A stretch of DNA of 64,000 nucleotides from a virus (taxonomy: Duplodnaviria; Caudoviricetes): IMG/VR virus record IMGVR_UViG_3300031992_000038, positions 32,001 through 96,000 of that record, one strand, 5' to 3'. This document shows positions 1 to 8,669 of this stretch, in pieces. Position numbers and translations under genes: made by a program. The notes below the pieces were generated by a model that was given only the letters and a program-made list of their open reading frames with translations, did not search any database and was not told the origin of the DNA. The stretch's first letter is position 1, and every line of letters begins with the position of its first letter.

Positions 1-2
1 TC

Positions 3-155
3 GAGAACGACGACATAGACTTTGCTATGGTGATTGAGCAACTGTGGGAGGACCTGCAGCTTGCATGCGAACAAATCAAGGCCACAATGGTCAGGAGTGA
101 TTTCTATGCGGACAGTTTTAATCTTACCAAATGGGACAGCAAAACAGACAGATAA
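3..155 (+). CDS. 3' end of hypothetical protein (truncated by window)
   Basis: Open frame ENDDIDFAMVIEQLWEDLQLACEQ...KTDR ending TAA at 153-155. Confidence 0.6.
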   Translation, partial: ENDDIDFAMVIEQLWEDLQLACEQIKATMVRSDFYADSFNLTKWDSKTDR

Positions 156-160
156 ACATC

Positions 161-634
161 ATGGAACAATCAACAAGGAAACCACTTTCAAGAGAAGATG
201 AGAAACTCCTCTACATCGACCTGTCAGCGAGACTGCCGTACGGAGTTCGCTTTATCACGACTGGTTCGGACTTCCCGTTCAGACTTGAATGGTTCGACGA
301 CCGCCGACGCGCAAACGGAACGGTAAGACTTGAACATGTGATTCCTATCCTTCGCCCGATGTCTTCAATGACCCCGGAAGAACGAGAAGACTTCTGGAAA
401 AATGTACTCGATATTGATTGGCGTGAATTGGAATTTGACGAAGAACCAGATGAAGTGCCATTCCCTTTTACGGAAAATGATTGCGGATTTTATCTAGACA
501 ATCTTTATTTAACCGACTTGTTTGCCGTAATTGATTGGCTCAATGAACATCACTTTGACTGGCGAGGGCTTATTCCTAAAGGCATCGCATTGAGTACTGA
601 GGAATTTAAGTTCAACCCATATAAAAATCAGTAA
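161..634 (+). CDS. hypothetical phage protein
   Basis: ORF; ATG 161 preferred because the upstream gene stops at 155; motifs DLSARLPYG, PILRPMSSMT, DWLNEHHFDWRGLIPKGIA. Confidence 0.75.
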   Translation: MEQSTRKPLSREDEKLLYIDLSARLPYGVRFITTGSDFPFRLEWFDDRRRANGTVRLEHVIPILRPMSSMTPEEREDFWKNVLDIDWRELEFDEEPDEVPFPFTENDCGFYLDNLYLTDLFAVIDWLNEHHFDWRGLIPKGIALSTEEFKFNPYKNQ

Positions 635-637
635 TTT

Positions 638-1426
638 ATGGGCGCAATAGATAAAATCTATCTCAAGAAAGACGACTACTTGGCATTCAAAGAGTGGTGC
701 AAAAACCAACCGCCACTTCATGACAAGTACGGAAAGGAGATGCATATCACCGACTACTTGTGGAACATAGATGACGACGCATGGGGTGACGGAGACAATA
801 CCCGCCCTGTGATGGGCGCACCATATTATGTCGATGCATACATCATCCGCAACTGCCCAATTGAAGGCGTTCAGGAGGAACTGCAACTCCACTATGGATA
901 TTGGTCACAGGAACGAATCCGTGACTTTTATGAAAGTGTAAAGAATTATAACCCCGATAAAGACGGATCCCCATACTGGGCCAAACTTGCGGATTTCATC
1001 TTCAATGATGACGGCACAATGTCTATTAAAGGACTAGAAAAATCATCTTATGAAGAAATTCTTCATGGAGAATTGTATGCCTCACCATATCGTACCGGTT
1101 TGGAATATGGTTCTCATTTCAGACTGATTAAGTCCCCGAACGGAAAGAGAACAATTCCGTTCAATAGACCGGCAAAAGGAATGTGGTGGGTAACTGTTGA
1201 AAATACAAATGACCAATATGATTCCATGTGGTACACTGAAGGTACTGACACCTGGGATTTCACGGACGAGTTTGTGGTTGGATGCGGTATCTCAAACATC
1301 GCTTACGTGAAGACTATTACAGCTCTCGCAAGGAAAATCAGAAAGTGGAAACTCCCCATCGGAACAAAAGTAATTGCTACTGGAAGATATGTTGGTGAGG
1401 AATATGAATTCGTTGTGAAAAAATAA
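638..1426 (+). CDS. hypothetical protein
   Basis: 262-aa ORF in a co-directional cluster. Confidence 0.75.
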   Translation: MGAIDKIYLKKDDYLAFKEWCKNQPPLHDKYGKEMHITDYLWNIDDDAWGDGDNTRPVMGAPYYVDAYIIRNCPIEGVQEELQLHYGYWSQERIRDFYESVKNYNPDKDGSPYWAKLADFIFNDDGTMSIKGLEKSSYEEILHGELYASPYRTGLEYGSHFRLIKSPNGKRTIPFNRPAKGMWWVTVENTNDQYDSMWYTEGTDTWDFTDEFVVGCGISNIAYVKTITALARKIRKWKLPIGTKVIATGRYVGEEYEFVVKK

Positions 1427-1485
1427 AAAACATTCTCGAAGAATATAAATTCCACTGTCTTAATATATGCTCAAACGAAGCTGAA

Positions 1486-1584
1486 ATGTTTGATTGGCTC
1501 AACAAAAAGATGTTCGGCTACAGAGGTTTGATTCCTAAAGGAATCGCATTGAGTACTGAAGAATTTAACCCGTATAACGCATAA
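1486..1584 (+). pseudogene. C-terminal remnant of a paralog of 161..634
   Basis: FDWLNKKMFGYRGLIPKGIALSTEEFNPYNA matches IDWLNEHHFDWRGLIPKGIALSTEEFKFNPY; the DNA is also near-identical. Confidence 0.75.
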
Positions 1585-1598
1585 CGATTAAAAGAAGA

Positions 1599-2417
1599 AT
1601 GAACGAAGGGAAATCATACATAAACAGGATTTACAACGAGGACTGCCTCGCCACGATCGAACGCCTTGCTGAAAACCGTGTCCGTGTGGACGGCGTGATG
1701 ACATCACCGCCATACAACATGACACCGCGGAAGGGCGGTTATGCCGATACCGGAAGATATGACTCGTACAACGATTGGTTGCCGGAGGGCACCTACATAG
1801 AATGGACTGTCAATGTATTCAACCAACTAAACACGATACTTCGCGCCAACCGTGTTATCCTGTACAATTTCTCCTACTCCATAGAGAACCCTGCGCTACC
1901 GTATAGACTCGTATACGCCATAACGGAGGAAACACCGTTCGACCTGATAGACACCATCATATGGAAGAAAAAGTCGGGACTCCCATTTCCAGCAAACGGC
2001 AAGAGGCTGTCACGCAATTGGGAGTACGTGTTCGTGTTCGCACGAAAAACCGAGACGAACACCTACGAAAACAACCGCAAGGTGAAATCCGTCAGCGAGA
2101 AGACCGGACAGAAATACTACGAGGTGACATACAACTTCGTCGAGGCGGCAAACAACGACGGAAAGACGCCGATAAACCAGGCAACCTACTCCACAGACCT
2201 GTGTCTGAAACTCTTCAGCACATACTTCAAGCCCGGATGGGTCATATACGACCCGTTCTCCGGAACCGGCACAACGGCGGTGGCGTCAAAAATATACGGG
2301 TGCGACTATATAGGAAGCGAGATAAGCAAGGCGCAGTGCGATCACGCAGAGGAACGGATTTCAAATCTTCGTGACAACTTGAACGAGCAAAAGGATATGG
2401 CCAACCGAAGAGTTTAA
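1599..2417 (+). CDS. DNA methyltransferase, N4-C/N6-A (beta class)
   Basis: Catalytic TSPPY precedes SAM-binding DPFSGTGTT; GSEIS. Confidence 0.9.
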   Translation: MNEGKSYINRIYNEDCLATIERLAENRVRVDGVMTSPPYNMTPRKGGYADTGRYDSYNDWLPEGTYIEWTVNVFNQLNTILRANRVILYNFSYSIENPALPYRLVYAITEETPFDLIDTIIWKKKSGLPFPANGKRLSRNWEYVFVFARKTETNTYENNRKVKSVSEKTGQKYYEVTYNFVEAANNDGKTPINQATYSTDLCLKLFSTYFKPGWVIYDPFSGTGTTAVASKIYGCDYIGSEISKAQCDHAEERISNLRDNLNEQKDMANRRV

Positions 2418-2435
2418 CCCCTACAATAGAAAGCA

Positions 2436-2675
2436 ATGAAAAAGATTATCCTATTGGCAGTTGCAATCTTGATGATGGTGGGGTGTGCTGAAGAAAGTAC
2501 TCAACCAATAGAGTCGCTTGAAATGCGCACATATATTGTTGACTCATGCGAATACGTTGGCAAGCATATTGGTAGTCGATGGGGCATACTTGCCCACAAG
2601 GGTAACTGCCGATATTGCGCAGAGCGCAGAAAGCAAGAACTTGAGGCATTGGCCGAACAACTAAAAGGGAAGTAA
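2436..2675 (+). CDS. putative lipoprotein
   Basis: Signal MKKIILLAVAILMMVG-C; HKGNCxxC motif. Confidence 0.7.
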   Translation: MKKIILLAVAILMMVGCAEESTQPIESLEMRTYIVDSCEYVGKHIGSRWGILAHKGNCRYCAERRKQELEALAEQLKGK

Positions 2676-2678
2676 GAT

Positions 2679-2951
2679 ATGGAAGCATGGAAAATGACAG
2701 GTGACCTGTATGACGATGTGAAGATAGTTCACGAGGCTATCTGTGGTCTTCATTCAATGGTCGAAACTCTCGAAAAAGAGTGCATGGTGCGTGATAAGGG
2801 TAAGGTCGCCACTGAGTTGTTTATACACATTAACGATGTAAAACGTGAGATGGAGAAGGTGGTTTCTGAAAGCGAAAGAATAATGCGACGAGCTGACATT
2901 GACCGGTTTGGACCTTTAAGCAAATATATAAGGCCCTATTTGGCATTTTAA
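2679..2951 (+). CDS. hypothetical protein
   Basis: ORF in operon-like cluster. Confidence 0.65.
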   Translation: MEAWKMTGDLYDDVKIVHEAICGLHSMVETLEKECMVRDKGKVATELFIHINDVKREMEKVVSESERIMRRADIDRFGPLSKYIRPYLAF

Positions 2952-2962
2952 AAAACGACATT

Positions 2963-3193
2963 ATGGAAGCACCGGAGAAGATTTATATTCACCCCGATAT
3001 AGGTGGTAGAGAATTTTTGCGTCCTTGGTTACATAGACCAGCAAACAACGAAAGTGTTGAGTACACCCGTACTGATGCTTTTATCGAGAAGGCGTGTAAA
3101 TGGTTGGAAAGTTTATATGCACCTGATGGTTCTATTGCTCCATGTCATGTGCATATAATTGAAGATTTCAAAAAATATATGGAAGGAGAGTAA
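2963..3193 (+). CDS. hypothetical phage protein
   Basis: APEKIYI...EYTRTDAFIEKACKWL. Confidence 0.7.
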   Translation: MEAPEKIYIHPDIGGREFLRPWLHRPANNESVEYTRTDAFIEKACKWLESLYAPDGSIAPCHVHIIEDFKKYMEGE

Positions 3194-3196
3194 GAT

Positions 3197-3541
3197 ATGG
3201 CAACAATTAAAAGTTACACCTCGTTAGAGCAGTCCAAGAAACTGGCAGAGATATTGCCGGTTGAGAGTGCGGACATGAGATATGCGCCTTTCGGTGACAC
3301 ACATCCGTGGTTTTGGCATGGTCACTTACTTGAGAAAGGGGCAATCCCATGTTGGAGTCTTGCTGCATTGCTTGGTATTTTGTCTTTTCCGGCATTACGC
3401 TATGATATAGAAGATGGTGAGGGTGGATGGATTGTAAGTTGCGAAAAGGATGATAAAGGGTATCTTTCATATTATAGGGACAACCCCGTTGATACATGTT
3501 ATGACATGATTATCAAGTTACACGAGCAAAAAGTATTGTAA
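3197..3541 (+). CDS. hypothetical phage protein (paralog of 28856..29311)
   Basis: SADMRY...PCWSLAALL resembles TADMKW...PAWSWDCLF. Confidence 0.7.
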   Translation: MATIKSYTSLEQSKKLAEILPVESADMRYAPFGDTHPWFWHGHLLEKGAIPCWSLAALLGILSFPALRYDIEDGEGGWIVSCEKDDKGYLSYYRDNPVDTCYDMIIKLHEQKVL

Positions 3542-3543
3542 TT

Positions 3544-4263
3544 ATGGACTACAAAGAAAAGTATGAACAAGGTCTTGAATGTATTCAAGAGATACTGTGT
3601 GGTGCCGGTGACTCAATCAAGACATCTATATTAAGAAAAAGATTACAACCTTTCTTCCCAGAACTCCAAGAGTCAGAAGACGAGAGGATAAGGAAAGCAC
3701 TCATTGAATATTTTGAAGAACAATGTGATATGAGTGATTGGAACGGTGTTTATGGCTATCAAGTTCTTGCTTGGCTTGAAAAGCAAGGCATACAACCAAC
3801 CGACAAAGTTGAATCAAAGTTCAAGGTTAGGGATTGGATTACTAATGGACATTATACTCGTTTAATTGTTGGAGTTAATTCAAGGCATTATCAATTTAAG
3901 AATGGGGATGCTAAGTACATAGATGATATAGACAAAAATTATCACCTTTGGTCAATCGCTGACGCAAAAGACGGTGATGTACTTGTCGCTTCCGATGGTT
4001 CAATCTTTCTTTTTGCAGGCGTTGATGATTGTGCTTGTAAGTATTATGTCGCACTTACAACCGACAACTATGTTAAAATCAATTATGTTAAAATCAATAA
4101 AGAAGTAGATAGTGGATATTGGGAAACGTCAAAAGCAGTCCATCCAGCCACCAAAGAGCAACGAGACCTGCTTTTTTCAAAAATAAAAGAAGTTGGCTAT
4201 GCTTGGGATGATGAGAAGAAAAAACTGTCATATATAAAGTCAATAAAACGACTAACGAACTAA
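3544..4263 (+). CDS. modular phage protein (FPEL-ESED/WLEKQG family)
   Basis: FPELQESEDERIRKALI, WLEKQG, WSIADAKDGDVL, HPATKEQRDLLF shared with 5189 and/or 6497. Confidence 0.75.
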   Translation: MDYKEKYEQGLECIQEILCGAGDSIKTSILRKRLQPFFPELQESEDERIRKALIEYFEEQCDMSDWNGVYGYQVLAWLEKQGIQPTDKVESKFKVRDWITNGHYTRLIVGVNSRHYQFKNGDAKYIDDIDKNYHLWSIADAKDGDVLVASDGSIFLFAGVDDCACKYYVALTTDNYVKINYVKINKEVDSGYWETSKAVHPATKEQRDLLFSKIKEVGYAWDDEKKKLSYIKSIKRLTN

Positions 4264-4277
4264 GCAAAGTTAATAAC

Positions 4278-4898
4278 ATGGGTTTTAGAATTAGTTTATA
4301 TTGCGTGCCAAAAGAAATCATCCATAAGTATGAAAATTTCACAGAGGATGATTATCGCGCAGATAAAGATGGCATTATGTTCAATGAACTCCAAAAAGAA
4401 TGCGTCAAGTATGACACATTGACTAATATCATTGTCAGGGACTATGAAGATAAGTTTTCGTCCCGACTGTTTAAGAATGAACTTGCCATTGAGGATGATA
4501 TGTATTTTGGCACAATATCCAAAGAACAACTTTTGAACATCATAAAAGAAGTACGGACTAACTATATCATAAAATGGCTCAACGGGAGACGTGTTGATAG
4601 TAAAGGCAAATTGGGTGATGTGTGGTTAAACCCACCATCGTATTTGTGTAAAGATGGCGGATGGACCGCCGAAGAAGCAATGAAGGCTAATCAAGGTGAA
4701 TGGAACCTTAAAGCCAATAGATGGATTTATGACTGGTGGGATGGCGAGAAGAGACATTATCTTAACATAGATATAGATATGGACAATAAATGGATTGTTT
4801 CTGGCTCAGATTCGTATGAATATCTAATATTTGATCTAATCCACATATTAAAAATTTTTGACTGGGAAAATGATACATTGGTTTGTATCGGTGGTTAA
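4278..4898 (+). CDS. hypothetical protein
   Basis: 206-aa ORF. Confidence 0.7.
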   Translation: MGFRISLYCVPKEIIHKYENFTEDDYRADKDGIMFNELQKECVKYDTLTNIIVRDYEDKFSSRLFKNELAIEDDMYFGTISKEQLLNIIKEVRTNYIIKWLNGRRVDSKGKLGDVWLNPPSYLCKDGGWTAEEAMKANQGEWNLKANRWIYDWWDGEKRHYLNIDIDMDNKWIVSGSDSYEYLIFDLIHILKIFDWENDTLVCIGG

Positions 4899-4921
4899 AA
4901 CTGTAGCATACAAAGGCAAAA

Positions 4922-5167
4922 ATGATTGACGAGAAATGCAAAACATGCACAGAATTAATAGTTCCTTACTTTGGACTATACGATAGGCCGCAACCAAAGT
5001 TGCCAGAAGAATTGAAAGTCGGTACATGCAAATGCAATATGGACCTCAGTGACCGAATGGAAGAAGGATACTATGGATGGTGCCACCCAGATCTATGCAA
5101 AGGGTCCGGACACCCGTATTATTTTGTTTATCACGGAAAAAACATCGATATTGTGTTTAACAATTAA
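4922..5167 (+). CDS. Cys-rich hypothetical protein
   Basis: CKTC, CKC, CHPDLC. Confidence 0.6.
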   Translation: MIDEKCKTCTELIVPYFGLYDRPQPKLPEELKVGTCKCNMDLSDRMEEGYYGWCHPDLCKGSGHPYYFVYHGKNIDIVFNN

Positions 5168-5188
5168 CAAGAAAAACGTTACATTCAT

Positions 5189-5968
5189 ATGGACTACGAA
5201 AAGAAATACAAAGATGCGCTTGATAGAGCAAAGGAAAAATATAGTGCATGCTCCGCACCGGCGCTTCTCGAATACATTTTCCCCGAACTCAAGGAGAGTG
5301 AGGGTGAAAGAATAGTAAAATGTTTGCTCAACTACTTCAATCATGTCCGTTATAATGGACTTGACCTAAAAGGTACAGATGTTGATGAAGTTATTGCCTG
5401 GCTTGAAAAGCAAGGCGAACAGAAACCTATTGACTATAATGAGGAATTAAAGAAATGTCGAGAAAATCCTTTATATTTCTTTGATAAATATGTGTCTGTA
5501 AAGCTCAAAAACCAAAAGCCAACTTGGGGTAAAGAGGATGAGAAGATAAGGAAAGAACTTATCACACATTTCAGAAATACAAGATGTGTAACAGAAGAAG
5601 GAGGTGAAACAATAGCAAAATGGATTGCTTGGCTTGAAAAGCAGAAAAATACCACAGACAAAGAGTACGTGTTTAGACCGTTGGCAGGTGACACCATCGA
5701 AAAAGCGGCGGAGCGAGCGGTTGAATTGGACGGTAAAGTTGTTCTGGCGTTCAATGGCGCTTACATACCGGTAGGTGATAAAACAAAAGATGAAATTGTC
5801 GCAGAATATCGCAATTGGGTTAAAAAGCAAGGCAAGCAACATTCTCATGTTGATATTGACAAGATGGTTGATGAATTTGCCGATACTGAAGTCGAGGGCT
5901 ATGGCCTTCCGAGTATGATTGAGGTAGATGCATATCGTAGGGACATTGAAGATGCGCTCGAAAAATAA
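5189..5968 (+). CDS. modular phage protein (WLEKQ family)
   Basis: Two ERI/EKIRK...IAWLEKQ units. Confidence 0.75.
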   Translation: MDYEKKYKDALDRAKEKYSACSAPALLEYIFPELKESEGERIVKCLLNYFNHVRYNGLDLKGTDVDEVIAWLEKQGEQKPIDYNEELKKCRENPLYFFDKYVSVKLKNQKPTWGKEDEKIRKELITHFRNTRCVTEEGGETIAKWIAWLEKQKNTTDKEYVFRPLAGDTIEKAAERAVELDGKVVLAFNGAYIPVGDKTKDEIVAEYRNWVKKQGKQHSHVDIDKMVDEFADTEVEGYGLPSMIEVDAYRRDIEDALEK

Positions 5969-6015
5969 CGTGAGCGTGAATGTCGTAGTTGTTGAACGAA
6001 TAAAAGATTGAGATT

Positions 6016-6219
6016 ATGACACAGGAAGAATTATATCAACAATATCTTGATGAGGTGAGTTCATTTGAAAGATATGGCAGCAAAAATGTTCTTACGTTTG
6101 ACGAGTGGAAATGGATTAAATCCACAATAGAGAATACTCGACCGGTATGTGAATCTGAACTAAATTCATACAAAGAATTATTGGGTCACACAACTCAAGA
6201 TATTGATACGTTAGAATAA
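6016..6219 (+). CDS. hypothetical protein
   Basis: Short ORF in cluster. Confidence 0.55.
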   Translation: MTQEELYQQYLDEVSSFERYGSKNVLTFDEWKWIKSTIENTRPVCESELNSYKELLGHTTQDIDTLE

Positions 6220-6237
6220 GAAAAATTTTGAAACAAC

Positions 6238-6492
6238 ATGAAAGTTTGGTTAACTCTTGAAAAGGACCATTTTGGTACCGATAAAGTAATGTTGTGGTTC
6301 GATAAGCCGCAAAAGGTATATGATAAATTTCTTGGGAGAGAAACCTGGACTTTGGGGGAATACGCACATTTTTACTACCCGCTCTTGACATTAAAAGATG
6401 TCAACTATCTGGTAACTGAAGAGAACTCACCGCTTGAAATATATCTTCCGTTCATGCGTGAATTTGTTGTCGATCAAACCAAGTTAATTTGA
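6238..6492 (+). CDS. hypothetical protein
   Basis: Short ORF in cluster. Confidence 0.6.
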   Translation: MKVWLTLEKDHFGTDKVMLWFDKPQKVYDKFLGRETWTLGEYAHFYYPLLTLKDVNYLVTEENSPLEIYLPFMREFVVDQTKLI

Positions 6493-6496
6493 AATT

Positions 6497-7411
6497 ATGA
6501 AAGAACTTACTATAGAACAAAAAGCAAAAGCCTATGACGAGGCTTTAGAACGGGCGAAGAAATTGCAAGAAACTTGCGACAGTACGGCAGTAGTAGGATG
6601 GTGTGAGTATATCTTACCAGAACTCAAAGAGAAAGAGAGCGAGGACGATAGAACGAGAAAAGCAATACTTACAGGACTTATTGACTGTAGAGACGCCCCA
6701 GATTTGGGGTGGAGCGATTTCGGCGGTGTTAATATTGATGAGTGTATCGCTTGGATTGAGAAGCAAGGCGAACAAACTCATGCCGCACTTGACCAACCGG
6801 AAGTGACTAAGACAGGCGACCAAGAACTTGAACCAATGTTTAATGAAGGTGATTGGGTGGTATATGACCACAGACCTTACCAAGTCGTAGAACTTCCAAA
6901 AGAAGGCTATATTAATTTAGGTTTAAGAAGAAATGGAAAAGTCGAATTTGCACCCTCCCCTTATTGCAGACATTGGTCTATACAAGACGCAGAGGACGGC
7001 GATGTGCTGGCATCTGAGTTAACCGACTTCATATTTCTTTTCAGAGGTATTAAGGACAACAAAATTGATTTTTATTGTTCCTACGACACCAGACTCGAAT
7101 GGCCCGAGCCCGAACCTGATGATAGATTCGTCATCAAGGATACCAACCTGTATTATGGAAGGGTAGAAAAATCACAAGACATCCATCCCGCCACCAAAGG
7201 ACAACGAGACCTGCTTTTTGAAAAGATGAAGGAAGAGGGTTATGAATGGGATGGGGAAAAGAAAGAGTTGAAGAAGATTAAGCCCAAGAAACTTGATCCA
7301 GACAAGGTGATCGAGTGGCTGCGTAAAAACACCTGCACGGGTTGTTGGGATAGGGCTGATACAGCGATATCACAACGTATTGACAGATTCAAAAAAGATT
7401 TCAGACTATAA
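6497..7411 (+). CDS. modular phage protein (WLEKQ family)
   Basis: KAKAYDEALERAK, ESEDDRTRKAI, WIEKQGEQ, WSIQDAEDGDVL, HPATKGQRDLLF. Confidence 0.75.
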   Translation: MKELTIEQKAKAYDEALERAKKLQETCDSTAVVGWCEYILPELKEKESEDDRTRKAILTGLIDCRDAPDLGWSDFGGVNIDECIAWIEKQGEQTHAALDQPEVTKTGDQELEPMFNEGDWVVYDHRPYQVVELPKEGYINLGLRRNGKVEFAPSPYCRHWSIQDAEDGDVLASELTDFIFLFRGIKDNKIDFYCSYDTRLEWPEPEPDDRFVIKDTNLYYGRVEKSQDIHPATKGQRDLLFEKMKEEGYEWDGEKKELKKIKPKKLDPDKVIEWLRKNTCTGCWDRADTAISQRIDRFKKDFRL

Positions 7412-7444
7412 TAACTGAAGATTACTACAAAACGACAGAATAAA

Positions 7445-8131
7445 ATGGGAACTTCTAAACAGTCACAAAAGGAAATTGGTATAGAGTCAGCCATTCTCCG
7501 CCTAAGGGAACTGCATGACTTGATCAAGGAACATCCATACTGGATGGCCTTCAAGTTCCATATGTTCAAACGTGAGATATATCCAATGTATGAAGAAGTG
7601 TTTGAATTATATTCTTATCTAAGATTCAATAAAGAATATAAAGATTCTGACTCTCCGTGGTTTGCCACAATGTCAACCATTTATCATGATTTTCATTCAA
7701 TGCTCGGAATCCTAATTTACAACCCCAGAATTTTTGAAACGCCGGTTGAGGATACTGACTTGTTCAAACAGTATTACCTTCCGATGTTGCAGAATTTTCT
7801 TCAGATTCTACACTTCTTCGTCGAGGGCATGAATGCGCCGGAAAACATGGTGATGTACATGCCGGACAAGGTCCATAACCCAAAAACCATGCACAAGTAC
7901 ATGCCGGTGTATCACGAGAATTGGAAAGATGAATCAGGATATAACTTTTGGTTTGACGGATATTATAAGTGGAGAGCATTAAAATGCATTAAGAAAGATG
8001 ACGTCAACAAAGCAATCGAAAAATTCAAAAAATTAACGCATGAGACAACAAGTGCGTCTTTAAAAGAATTTTATCAACACGCAATAATGGACATCGAAAA
8101 CGGAACGGCATTGGTACATAAAATCATTTAG
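7445..8131 (+). CDS. hypothetical protein
   Basis: 228-aa ORF. Confidence 0.7.
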   Translation: MGTSKQSQKEIGIESAILRLRELHDLIKEHPYWMAFKFHMFKREIYPMYEEVFELYSYLRFNKEYKDSDSPWFATMSTIYHDFHSMLGILIYNPRIFETPVEDTDLFKQYYLPMLQNFLQILHFFVEGMNAPENMVMYMPDKVHNPKTMHKYMPVYHENWKDESGYNFWFDGYYKWRALKCIKKDDVNKAIEKFKKLTHETTSASLKEFYQHAIMDIENGTALVHKII

Positions 8132-8152
8132 TAACACCATACAAAGTTGAAG

Positions 8153-8470
8153 ATGGACAAGATTCTTGACCTACCGCTCAAGAAAGAGTTGCACGAATTG
8201 ATTGGTCCAACCAAGGAGGATATTGCAATGCTTTATGAGAACGAGTCTAGGGAACTACTGAATGAGGCGGCCGCGGCCGACAACAGCGGCTCGTTCGAGA
8301 CCGTCGTATTCCCCATCATCCGCAGGGTATTCTCGAAACTGCCTGCAAACGACTTGGCGAATGCGCATCTCATAGAAGAGTTTCCAACGACCTTTCCTAC
8401 CCATGAATGGGCTGAGGTCATCGGCAACATCCATGATAATCCCGAACTACTAGAAAGTGACACAAACTGA
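8153..8470 (+). CDS. chimeric protein: major-capsid-protein N-terminal fragment plus YopX-like C-terminus
   Basis: IAMLYENESRELLNEA...SGSFETVVFPIIRRVFSKL resembles gp23-like MCPs of huge phages; EVIGNIHDNPELLE is the YopX C-terminal motif. Confidence 0.65.
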   Translation: MDKILDLPLKKELHELIGPTKEDIAMLYENESRELLNEAAAADNSGSFETVVFPIIRRVFSKLPANDLANAHLIEEFPTTFPTHEWAEVIGNIHDNPELLESDTN

Positions 8471-8594
8471 AGGCAAGTGTATGACAATGGACAAGGAGAA
8501 CGGAACGTCATTGGTACGCAAAATCATTTAGGAACGCCACACGGAGCACGAAAAAGTCAAGAAAAATTTTGTTAAGGATTTTTAACACCGAAAA

Positions 8595-8626
8595 TTTGCC
8601 CCGACCGGTTATTATGCTTACCTTCC
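8595..8626 (+). promoter_or_regulatory. Bacteroidota-type sigma70 promoter
   Basis: TTTG-N20-TACCTTCC with upstream TTAAC boxes. Confidence 0.65.
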
Positions 8627-8669
8627 CACCATAAGCAAAAAGTTAAACCATTCAGACAAAATTCATAAG

